Origin: Phoronis australis
Taxonomy: Eukaryota > Animalia > Phoronida
DNA length: 64,000 bases
Direction of reading: 5' to 3'
Assembly: GCA_002633005.1 (NCBI GenBank)
Contig: NMRA01000398.1
Coordinates: 257,202-321,201, forward strand
The position numbers and the translations under genes were made by a program. Of the stretch, positions 48,791 through 60,996 are shown one piece after another (position 1 is the first letter of the stretch; each line of letters begins with the position of its first letter). The notes below the pieces were generated by a model. That model did no database searches. It saw nothing but the letters and a program-made list of their open reading frames with translations, and was not told the DNA's origin.

Positions 48791-51700
48791 TGCACCCAGA
48801 CATCACGTTGTGTGCTCACAGTGTTTACTTTTAAGAATAGGACGAAAAATACATGTACATGATTGTAGCTTAGGTATATTTATGAGGTTAGCAAAGCATT
48901 CCAACGAAGAAAGATATGGAGTTCGCTACCTGCCTTCATTTACATGTAGATATGAGTATGAGCCTTTGAGTGCTTGGGTGCTAGAACATTAATAACATAC
49001 ATGTACTTATCTAGAAATCACTGTTAGTAAGAACATCTCTATTATATCAACATGTTGTCAAAGTGGGGGCGCTTGTCCATTTACAGGGTTTCTGCGGCAA
49101 CTGCGGTGGATGATTTGGATATTCGCCTTCAAATGTCCGCAGTGTCTTCAACATGTTCTTGTTGTTTCTAGACATATGACTAAACTGTGATCATAGGGTG
49201 AAAACATCCAAAATCAAAATAGAAAATGAAAATCAAGTTTTATTGATAAAAGGTGTCCCAAAAATAGTGACAATGAGATTTAAAAAAAAATTACATAGTA
49301 ACAAGACGAAGGTTTTCGTAAAACCGGTAACGATAGGTACGTCTCATGCATCAGTTTAAGAAGTGCATCCTTACAGGTGTCCTTTCCGTGGCTTTTTAAG
49401 GTGCTCAAATCGAAAGTGTTTGTCCAGTATTCTGATCTGTCTTGCTTGTGCAATTATGGTCCTCTTAGGGACTGAGAGTATTATCAATATGCATTGATTA
49501 GTGCCCACGTCGGTTTATCATAAAAAGTGTGTAATGTTAGCGTTTTTTATGCAAATTGGCTAAAAACTCTGGCGGCCATACCATCCTTGGTGCCACAAAT
49601 CACACCTTTGTCAACATGATTGGTGTGAAATTTTCTCCAGCACAAGAAACAGTGTATGGTTATCGATAACAGATCAATGCCAGAACACGTGTAAACCACC
49701 GAAGCTTTTAGGCTTGTATATCCGAGTGTTCAAGTTCAAGGTACACCATTAAAACTGTTTACTCTAACATCAGGATAAATTCACAGAGAAGTCGATTAAA
49801 AGTCAAGGGGAAAATACGCCTTTTCAAATTCATTTCCGAACAAAGTGGTGTGTGGCTGTTGATTATCTGCGTGTGTATATGTGGCATAAAATTAGATCTT
49901 AGATATTATTATTTTCACCAGTTTTGAAGACGTCATAATGAAAGGTATATTCATTTTCTACTCACAGAATTCCTTGTTACTTTTCATTTTCAAAGTAAGA
50001 ATAGCTTCTTGCAGTTATTCTGCTGGAAGAAATTAATAAAAACACTTTATGGGCAACAATATTCTATAATTCATAAACATTACTTGTATTCAAGATAATG
50101 TTTCCAATTCTCACAACTGACACCAGAAGAATTCAAATAACATTCTTTGTTATAACGATACATGCGCTCAATTAAATAATGTACAATCTACCGCCTGAGG
50201 TTAGTTGAACACTTCGTTGAATGGATTTTAGCGCTAGTTAGTTTAGTCGAAACTTACGCCGAAATAAATCAAGTTCAGCACAATCCAAGGTAATTTCAAA
50301 TTTAATTAAATTTGGTGTAAATGTTTAGTTTAAATTTTATTTTTGGTGAAGAACCACCACCTAAAATGGCGAGTGACATATGACCCATGCGTTGTGAGTA
50401 CTCACCTAGCTGCAGCCATATGCAATGAGACGCCCGCGGAAACAACCCTCCCCCCTTAAAAATAAAAATAATAGTCAAATAAGGCAACTACACAGATGAC
50501 TGAGGGTTACGAAATGCTTGTTTTAGTGATACCTTCCGACTACGAAACTCAAATTTATTGGGGTTCGTTTGCATGATTCATAAAATTGGTTCTTATGCCT
50601 GATTCGTGAGTGGTTTATGCAGAAAATGCGATGCTCAAGCGTATGTATCAATGGTACCCTTGTAATTGCTAGCACTAACCAAACCGGCACATTTAAGGAA
50701 CCTTAGGCGGTTTTACCCGGTAATATTTCGCCTCTTTATACGTACCATTCTCCAACAAAGATGAATCAAATCATCTGCCATTCCGTTCTCTCAGTGAGCC
50801 AAGTGAATACTTTAGTTCTTGAATTTATCCTGAATTGCGTAGATTCTAGCACTTACCGTGATTCACTGTATTCCAAAACGCTGGGTTTTTCAAGTAAATC
50901 TTTCGGTTTTAAAAGAGAGAAGCTACTTGTGTTTAAAAGTCTGATATGAGTTTAATATGACTTTTGCGACAAACCTTTTAATTTAATTTAGTAGAAACGA
51001 AACCAAAAGGCATTGATTTGAGGCAACTTTTTTCAAGTTTAGGTCAGATCCCGAGTAAGTTCAACACAAGTCGGTCACGCAATGGGTTACTGAACGTACA
51101 TGTACATTTCATTTTTGCGATCTCGAATCAAACCTGGGGAGAGATCACACGTTAATATACACCACATTGCCATTTCAGGTAGAACAATCGTGTATGAGTT
51201 CGGTCATCTTCGATGGGGATGTTTCGACGAATAAACACAGCAAAGGAGAGTTATCCATTTTTCTATCATGACTCTAACGAAAATGTCGGGACAGTCAATC
51301 GTTCAAAAGAGGTAACATGGGTGGCGCACCATAGGGGTCTGGAGCGGGCTATATTCCCCCACTTTTTTCAGGGCTACACCGCCCATGATCTATGGGCGGT
51401 GCACCACAGAGAGGCTAGAGGGTGTTAGCCACCTACTTTTTTTAGTTCTGCGCCACTCATGGGAAAGTATAAAATAATTCCTAATGGTTGGTAACTGTGC
51501 ACAAACGTAAATTGACCACCCGTAAACATAAGTTTAGTGCTTTAACCCTCGTGTGGGTCAAATGCAAAGTAAGGTCGCTGCTCGAAACAACAGACATTTA
51601 GGTACTTAACTTCAACGATTCTACATCAAAAACGCCAAGACCAACCCCAGCAGCCAATTAACTGTCAAATTGGAACACTCGCAAACAATGTCTGACGACA

Positions 51701-51832
51701 TGTTAACTGATATCGAAATACGAGCATTTATTGGTGGAAAAACATTACGTAGAGTAGGGATAACCAATCACAGCACTTGTCATCCTCAATAATTGTGCTT
51801 AGTGAGAAAAGTAGTCAAATACTGCCGCTCAT

Positions 51833-52774
51833 AGATTAATTCTTATTGACACAAGCAAGCAAAAACGCTGTACCTTGACAATTTCGGATGCTCACAGCAG
51901 TCAGTCATCTTCGGAAGCTATTGTACACTAGGAGTTATTAGAACTCTGTTTGAACGCTCTAGAAGTATAAAAACACACGAGGAAGACAGGACTGTAGAGG
52001 GAAATCATATAGAAGATGTGTTAGTTAAATGTGGTTAACCCAAGTGGTCTACCAACAAGGTAAAACAGACGCTATCGAATACAGACTTTATTGAGAGGAA
52101 TCGGCAACCGGAAGAGGAGAGAACAGGTAAGGTAGTCATCCCGTATATTAAAGGTCTTTCGGAATCTGCACAACGTGTGTTCAGAAAATTTGGCATAGTT
52201 ACTGCTATGAAGCCGTGTACGACAATCAGGAATAATTTAGTTCACCCCAAAGACAGAATAAGTGAGAATAAAAAGTGTGAATGTGTTTATCGCATTCCTC
52301 GCCTCAACTGTGAGTCAGTGTACATCGGGGAGACTGGGTGAGAGTTGTCAGTCAGGCTTAATGAACACAGAAAAGAGGTGGATGAGCTGTCTCAGCGTAG
52401 AGTCACGCGTTCAGAGAGGAGATGGTCTCAGAATAATATCAAAAAATCTGCAGTGACGGACCATGCTATTGCTTTTAACCACGTAATTAACTGGAAAGAC
52501 GCTCGTCCCGTCGAGTCGGAAAATAACTTGAGATCTACACGGATTAGAGAGTCTATTTGGGTGAAAAAAGTGGCTCACTTATGAACAGAGACGATGGGGG
52601 ATATAAATGGTCTAATATTTGGAACAGTGTCATAACATCGCCACCTAGTGTCCAATAGCTTCCAAAGATGGCTGCTGTGAGTAGCCGAAACTGTCAAGGT
52701 ACAGCGTTTTTGGTTGGTTGTGTCTATAAGAACTAATCTATGTGTTCTCTACTAATGTTATGAAATTACTTAGT
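51833..52774 (+). mobile_element. 5'-truncated Penelope-like element (GIY-YIG endonuclease) with inverted pseudo-LTRs
   Basis: VVIPYIKGLSE, NLVHPKD, VYRIP..CESVYIGETG, RLNEH, SAVTDHA, MNRDDG. 51833-51932 is an inverted copy of 52644-52742. 15-bp TSD AATACTGCCGCTCAT at 51818-51832 and 52775-52789. Confidence 0.9.
52657..52700 (+). ncRNA. Degenerate minimal type I hammerhead-ribozyme-like motif in the Penelope pLTR
   Basis: GCTT-CCAAAGA-T-GGCTGC tgtga GTAGCC-GAAAC-T-GTC-AAGG. The inverted copy reads CCGAAGA at the core box; canonical is CUGANGA. Confidence 0.5.
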
Positions 52775-55700
52775 AATACTGCCGCTCATTTACCGTTATT
52801 TATGGTATAATATGGAAGGTCATGGCGTTCATTCTAGGTTGTGATGGCAACCTAGTATTTGACTACGGGGACTATAATGAGCAATGTGGCTCTTTCATCT
52901 TTACCGCCCGACACCGAACAAGCGCCCATATGCCTCAAGTTTGTACAAAAATCGTGTGTTGGTAGACATGGCAGACTGGCGCGGGTTACGTTCACGCGCC
53001 AAACCTATGTCCGTGGAGCTAATTAACTTTTAACTGAACTCGCTTTTCTTCTATTTTCTCCGTTTTAGTTTATTGAACTCACGTTCGTGAATTAACCTAT
53101 CGCAAGCGCCACCCCCATGCAAAAAGTCACGTGACACCCGAAAAGAAAACAAAACGTCATAGGCAATTACATGTACTTGTACACTGTCGCTTAAGGACGT
53201 TACTGGCGGAATCGATGAGTGATTTTACACTCTCCGAAAACACTTCGACAAAGACAAGAGGCGATGGTTTTTAGCTTGGAATCGCATGTTCATAATTTGG
53301 GAAATTGTAAAGTCGACGATGAAAAAATAAGTGTTCGAGGAAAAGTATTTCATAGCCAGCCAAAATACGAAGAAGGGGTCATCTTCACTTGAAAACTGAC
53401 TAGGCCACTGATGCGATATGTTCATGTAAAGCTGGGTACTTACCATGAAGTCGAATTATCTGAACGATGCCATATAGTTCATTATATTTCGAACCAAATC
53501 AATAAATATTCACCGATATTTCTATTCTGCCGTCTGCTAAATTCCGCAAAATTAAGAATAGGTCACAACTTATGGGATTCTCTGAGTAAAGTAGGTCGAG
53601 TCGATAGCACTCTTTACACTTTTCTAATCTTCGATCGAAATATTTTGATTAAAAAATCAGGTTCATAGCTCAGGCACATACTCATCTCATCCTAGGCAAG
53701 AATTAGCCCCAGTAGGTCTAGGGTTGTGTCCAAGTCAAATTAATGCATGGAATTGGCCGTTTAAGTTAGGCCAAACTTCTGATGAACATATTTTTTGAAG
53801 TTTCATTGCATACAGGTAGCTTTCGTTTAATTTTAGGCTTAGCATCATCACTAAGCTGTAGTATGATTACGAAAGATGACAAGCCTAGTGGCAAAAATGG
53901 CTGTTTACAAAAATAACTAAAATGTTTGTTTAAATCTTCATAAATCCATGTATCATGTTTGAACAATTACAAAATGAGCTCTCCCTAACTCTACAGGTAT
54001 AGTGTATACTAGAGCTTCTCAACAAAAAGTTGTTTACTTTTTCGTGACAACAGCTCGAACGAGGCTTTGAGTTCAGTAATCTGGTGCTCCTCCCAATTTT
54101 GGCAGTTGAACGCTAGCCTACGGGTAAATGAATAACAAAAATGTACCTCTGCTACGACACAAAACGACGTCCGTTATAGGTAGAAATAAATTAAAAATAT
54201 GTCATTAAAAACAATTGTACAATTTCCGGGGACTAGGCTAGTGCTGGGATATCCAGCAGTTGCCGAGAGAAAGGCGCCCAGACGAGGGAATCTCCAGAGT
54301 CAAACGGCTGTCAGAATTACAGAACTCCAGCGTCAGAAATGAAGGTCTCAAATGCACTTAAAAAACAACGAGAGTCTTCATGTTGGGCTCTCTGGCGAAA
54401 TGGCCTTAAAGACAATTTCCGGGCATGTTTTTGTAGAAAGAACACAGAAAAAGGCAGAATTTGTAAGCTCGGGTGAGAAACTGCATGTATCTGGAAAATG
54501 CAGTGTACATTGAACTCCGAGAGCCATCACGACACCTGGCCATTGCTCTCGTCCACATCGTGCGCATAATAACAATATGTTGTTTCGTGGGTGCGCGCGG
54601 CCTTGGCGACAGGTTATTTCGAAGTTGGCAAAAGAAGTAAGGTTCCCCGTTGACGCCAACATTCATATATTTAGTAACACGGGATCCCCAGATCAAGCCA
54701 TCTCAATAACACCATTTACGTTCCTCATATACTTGAGCAAACGATTGGTCGAGGTCATTTTTATTACCTGTATCAAACAATTACTGATCATTTCCTATTA
54801 ATGATATCATGTCTTCATTTACATTTAGGGACTGTCACCCTTTAAGTTGACTTGCTGATCCATAGCCCTCCTTATCCAGCTTTTTAATTTTCTCCAACCC
54901 CACTGATGGCGGAGGCGCTAATGATATAATCTACTTAATCTATCTGTCTGTATTAGGGAAATCGTTTGACCTTGATATTAAGTGAGGTCCCCTTTTGGAA
55001 GTCATTTTTTATGGATTGAACTGTCCTTTATTTCTATTGTTGATAACCTTACATATTAGGAAGCCCCCTCTCTTGCTAAATGCCCCCTCCTATAAATCTG
55101 GTACTGTCAACTACTCACAAACTCTTGTACTGTCATGTGAAGTACAACAGCATCAAGACATACGGCTCGTATTACCAAAGACGTAAAAAAGTGATATTGA
55201 AAGAACATAGACTTGCCGACTGGCATCTACCACTTAAAGTGTAAATGATTTGACGACAATTTGTGAATTACACAAGATAATGAATCCCGAAGACTTATAA
55301 CGTTAAAAGGATCGATAATTTTCCCAAGAATTCCAAGAATAGTGTTAATATTGCCGCAGATCGTTATTAGAAATTCATTGCTGATGAAGAGAAAGATTTT
55401 TGTAGAAAATTCACCCGTCAATAAGACTACCGGACATTTTTGAGCGTGTTAAGTTTAGGTGTAAACATGCATTTCTAACAAATAAGGGTAAACACGGTTT
55501 TAGTATGGCAAATTTGACTTGAGGCTATCACTGACTTGATTAAACCAGAATTCACGTCAATGCGAGCAAACTTGAAAATTTTCTTGGACCAGGGAGGCCG
55601 CCAAACTCCTCGTGTGATGCATCCCACACATCTGGGTGCATACTTTCGAGAATTGTCTAAAATACATAAAGTAATTTACTGAGTTGAGAAATGTCTCGCA

Positions 55701-56894
55701 ACAAAATGCTACTAGCTAACTGCATTTTACCCAAAGGGAGTGCTTCAGTGTTATACACTCATTTGTAAAGTGTTTAAAGAACTTATCCGACACAAGCATA
55801 CAGGTGTATCAAGTAAATCAATGAGTTGAGGAAATAGGTATTAAGATGACACAGCACACATAAAATGGATTAGTTTAAAACGCCGAATATGTAATTACTT
55901 GCAGATTATTTACACTTCCATTAACTCACCAGGGATGATTTTGATACTAAATTCCAGTGTTTGAATATTTAACGATTAGTTAATTTTCGTAATGTACAGC
56001 CCTAAATTGTTGACTTGATCTACATGTACCTGAAGAATGATGACTCGTGGGTCGATTTCATATCGACTGCGGAAAAGATCGGAAATGAAAAATAAGAAAA
56101 ATATTTTTGTCAAAACTCTGTGACGCAATAATTTGCCATGAGGCTTCTCAAATCTTCAACCACAGACATTTAAAATGTACGCGTTGGAATTGGAAGTTTT
56201 GTAGTTTAAGACTACGAACCTTTTTCAAACTTTTTTCTAGTTGCGACATGAAATAACTTACCGGGAAACACCATTCCAACGCAAACTCATTAAGACGTTC
56301 ACATTGAAGGTTTGATACGACGGCATTTCTGCCCCATTCTGTATACAATGACAGCTGTTTCGTTAAACTTGTTACCCAATGCGCATGCGAATGACGTCAG
56401 CAAAGACTCATTGAGCCATGCCATCATTGTCTGGACAATGTAAACGTGTATCAAACGGAAAAAAAGTTCAAGTGTAAAGGCTGCACTTGTGCGAAGTGGC
56501 AAGTATTAAAAAAGAAACTGACGTGATTTTCCTCTTTTAATAATTTATGTACCTTATCAACTTTCCCAATTTGTACGCGTCTCATGTCTGCCCTGAATCC
56601 CGCACTCATTCATGGTATAAAGAGGAAAATTATTATGATTATTTTTAAATTGACATTGTGGTCGAAAATGAGTATTGGGATTATTGTTGCAAGGGGCAAT
56701 TTCTTTGAAGTTCTAACCTTCGAGCAGAGCTATTGCACCAGACAATCTTATATGTTTTTGAGTTTTGTTTACAGATCGCTACAAGCACGTGTCGACGCTA
56801 TCTGTCAGACGTTCGTCGAAATCACGACCGGTGACTTTACCTGTTAGTTACTCTTAAAGCATGCTATATGTAACATTAATGCATAGATGAACAC

Positions 56895-58075
56895 GGCAGT
56901 CCCGGATAGTCAGATCCTGCTGAATTTATATCTGTGATGATGTGTGCATATTTTGGGTTTTATCAATCGTCCAACGGCCAGTACGACTCTGACAGTACGA
57001 AAGTTACATTGGCGAACACGGGTAAACATGGACAGAAGTGGCAGCAATTCTTAATCGACACCACTTCCACATAGATCACCATGGTCCGCACCGGACAGTC
57101 ACAGCAAAACCATAGACCAAAACCGACCAACTCGGCAGAGATACGGGCTTTATCAAGTGGGTCAGCACATTTCCGTCAGCACAGTGTTAGGCTGCGGCCG
57201 CCAGAAGGTCTAGGCTCTATTCGTCTTGATTCTGATCTCAGATGTAAATTTATACTTTTATTTCTTGCCAATAATGCCACTTAAAACCAATACTCCCTTT
57301 ATATTGACCAGATTATTAAACTGAACGAGTTGAGAGCTATTATAGCTGTAAGCCATAGTCCACCACGGATTCCCGTTTTTCTTTTGCTAGGAATCAATAA
57401 AAATAATCCGGTAACATTAAATTCATGCATGACATTTAGATGAAGTATTGAAAGACACTCAGCCCTTTATTATCAGCAGCTCAGAACGCTGAATGAGTTT
57501 CATGAACTTGGACGAGCCCTTAGTTTAGGACCATTTTGCTAATTCCAGTCTTCCAGTGTTTGCGGTATTTCACTGGGAATTCGAGAAACGAGAAGCTCCG
57601 CACTGAATAATGACAGTGTTTTTGTTTTTTCATAACACGAAAATAAAAATTACTTTGAAAATTAACTATCTAATTGTTACTTCGAAAACGTTTGGTTTCA
57701 TATGAAAAGAGCACCGTGCGGTTGTAAGTTTAGACTTATGGCGTGAATTGTAGTGCGCTGTTAACAATATACATGTGACGTCATCATTTTCAATTACCGC
57801 CACGTTCAGAAACGACCAGCCACGGATGTTCAAATGTGATGATGGTTTAATGTCAATGAATCGAAACGTTGGCTACTTGGATTATGAATCGCAGTTCAGT
57901 TTTAGTTTTCAGCTCCTCCGGTAGTATTGACTAAAGGCAATTGTAAGTGGTAGGATAACCTCCCACTGGAAGCCTACCAAATAATCGTTGGCGCCAGATG
58001 ACCATCATTTAGTCGGTTCCGTGTGCATTGCACGTGACATGTCATTGGTGTGGCTGTAAACAATGTGTGTTTGGC
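56895..58075 (+). pseudogene. Possible decayed MAM-domain exons
   Basis: ~56930-57070 reads MMCAYFGFYQ..TLTV..W..GKHGQKWQQFLI across frameshifts. ~57955-58070 reads LPLEAYQIIVGA..VAVNNVCL. Both resemble MAM strands; stops are present. Confidence 0.3.
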
Positions 58076-60455
58076 AAACGAGCAAATTAGATAAAGTATG
58101 GTGAAGGCTAACGACGAGGTAATCGTTTTAAAAATTTGAAAAAGGAACTGTCACAAGTCCTAATAAACACATAAACACTGGAACGACTTATCGGATGTAC
58201 ATTAAGTACCTTCGTCATCGTTTGGTGGACTAGATAGCGAGGACAAATACTACCACAGTACACATTCATTCATAAACATCAGGCGTTGCGCCGTGTTCCT
58301 TCGTGGTGACTGGGTGATATTGCACTTTTTAAAACATGCACAATGCCTTGGTTTGCTGTCAATTTCATTTTTACAGTTTTTTAATAAACGGAAAGAAAAT
58401 CTTTGAAAAGCAAACTGTCAAGAGTATTAGTTTTGGGCCAAATGAGAAGCAAAAAGTGGAAAACCAAAACGACTCTGGCGTGTAGCGTGAAAATGACGTT
58501 TCGATACTAGGCAAATGTCATCATCAGGTACAAAGTAGTCAAACAAAATGGAACAGAGTACCGTAAAAGAATGCTCACTTCACTTCACACCGCATGACAC
58601 AGGCTCTACTTGTACGGTCAACTAAAACAATGTTTCGCAATTCATTCCAGCCTGCATACTCCAACATTCCTTGAGAGTATGACCTGACGACATGGAGGTT
58701 TTCTGTAAGAATACCCTCACGGATTAAGAGTTTGACATAGTTGTTGCAAAGAACCATGTGAAATAAGCATTGCTTTACGGTATTCCATGGTTGGCGCAGC
58801 ACTGAAATATGTGGGGGCTACAACCCCTCATCCCCCTATCGGGGGCGCCGCCCACGTCCATGGGCGCCGCAGCTGCACTTAAATAAGTGGGTGGATATAG
58901 CCCCCCAGTCCCCTATGGTACGCCGCGCGTTTATTCTGTTCTTTTTTGTTGGAGTTTTGTGCATGGGGAAGATATGGCCTAAGATCACAGTGTCGTTTAA
59001 ATACTGCAGTCTAGTGCCGTTTTAGTTTCCACTTCTCGCTTCAATGCGGTGCAGCACCAGAAGAAACCCAGCGGCATGAAAAGGATGCAAAATTGCCGTC
59101 TAATGTAATGGACTGTACGGGGAAAATATTAAGGTTCTGAAGTTAGTACAGACTGACCTCGGTCTGTGGTTTCCTATAGCGACGGAATTCGACAATGCTA
59201 CAGCGTGTTCATTTAGAATGTTACGGGTGAAGGAGTTGAGGTGATAAGCTATTTATCAAGATAGGTTGGTGCGTATTGTGGCAAAAAAGGCAAGCTCCCG
59301 CGGTAATATCCATGGATGGACATACATGTATTTATCGTGTTTCTTGTCTGAAACAGTTTTATCTCTTCCATGTTTTCTTCAAATGCCATGCTAAGAAAAT
59401 TCTTAATGGAAGGTAAGGGAATTTAGCACAAACAAATTACGAGTCCACGCCAAATATTTTGTTTCAAAACTCACAAATTTAAATGGGCCTTTTAACCCAA
59501 ACTTTTCAGTTTCCTTGCCCAACTTCTTCTTTGTTTGCGTAACTAAAGCGATAATAACTCGTGGTGTCACATACGCCCCAACCCCCGTTAGAAATTGCGC
59601 CTTTGAAGACATATGTTGAAGACAGCAGCGTAACTGACGAGTGTTTTATCTGCGACTGGCCAAGGGAAGATATCGATTTTTGAACGCACAACCATCTACG
59701 CGCGCTCGCTGAAGTCCGATTAGAAGCTACATGAATTGTAACTAGTCGGTTCACGGCGCAGGAAAAGATGCTGTTTAGAATGGCTGCCGTTCTCTAGTCC
59801 AGTAGAAACGTTCAAGAGACCAAGATTGTTATACTTTACATTGGACGATTAATTCAGGATAGCGCAGTGTTGTCCAAACCACCAAATCCTGGTGTCATGG
59901 AGTTGATATTTGCAGCAGCATTCTGGTCACACGAGAACGCTGCGAAGGAACATGCGAGTAACACTTTGATTAATGTATCTTTCGTGGAGAGTGCTCTCAA
60001 TGAAATATCTTACCCATGTAAAACCTTTCAGGCACCAGTGGATTTAGCGCCTGTGACTATTAAAATTTAGTTCAGGTACATATTTCGCTTGAACGTTGAA
60101 TGAAATGACAATGCACTGACCGTACACTATACCATCTGTCATAGCGCCACCTGTGCGGAGACAAGTTCTGGGAAGGAATGATGGACAACAGGCGAAAGTG
60201 CGTGATGGGTATCAGTGCACATGACTTGGTGTGAGCGTGTGTCGAAAATGTATGGATCCGATGTGAGCAGTAAAAATAAAGGCAGGGATTTTATTGCTTC
60301 CTTTTACGCCTTATTATCGCTTTGTGTGTCAAAAAGTTAGTTGCAACGCATCTATTTAGGCTCATTTTTTCTAACAGGAGTTACGAACTACAAAGGCATC
60401 CCTCAAAAGATGGAGCTGTATACCTAAACAGTGATGAATTTCTCAACATCAGTCA

Positions 60456-60809
60456 CACGGGTGAGAAACAACATGACCGCCGGTCCTCTTAAATGGGACC
60501 GCCTCACCCAAAACAGGACCTCCGGGGATCAAATGGGACCGTCGCACCAGAAAATGGAACTGACGCACCTAAAATTATGACCGCCCCACCAGAAAACAGG
60601 ACCAACATGACCGCCGGGGATTGAAACCGCATATTGTCCGGCGGTCATGTTCAGTCCCCGGCGGTCCTGTTTTGTGGTGGGGCGGTCATGTTTTTAGGTG
60701 CGTCAGTCCCATTTTCTGGTGCTACGGTCCCATTTGATCCCCGGAGGTCCTGTTTTGGGTGAGTCAGTCCGATTTTGAGGACCGGCGGTCATGTTGTTTC
60801 TCACCCGTG
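60456..60809. mobile_element. Foldback MITE with CAC...GTG termini and 5-bp TSD (Transib-like signature)
   Basis: Near-palindrome: CACGGGTGAGAAACAACATGACCGCCGGTCCTC ... GAGGACCGGCGGTCATGTTGTTTCTCACCCGTG. AGTCA at 60451-60455 and 60810-60814. Internal ~21-24 bp subrepeats. Confidence 0.85.
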
Positions 60810-60839
60810 AGTCAACTCGGAATGTTTAAATGTTACTTT

Positions 60840-60996
60840 CAGGGACGGATTCATTATTTTGAGTTAGGGGGGCAAGCTAGAGTATCGGCCATGATTTTGT
60901 TCGACAGACATTTGCACTCCCGAACTGCCAAATGGAATGTGAAAGAATTTTAGGAATGCTATGGCCCCTTTGTCCCCCCTCCTAAATCAGCTACTG
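60840..60996. mobile_element. Short CAG...CTG MITE
   Basis: CAGGGACGGATT ... AATCAGCTACTG, flanked by ACTTT at 60835-60839 and 60997-61001. Confidence 0.5.

Noticed and set aside
60470-60800. Periodic short repeats suggesting a CRISPR array
   Set aside because: Eukaryotic context, no unique spacers, no cas genes; the repeats are the arms of a palindromic MITE.
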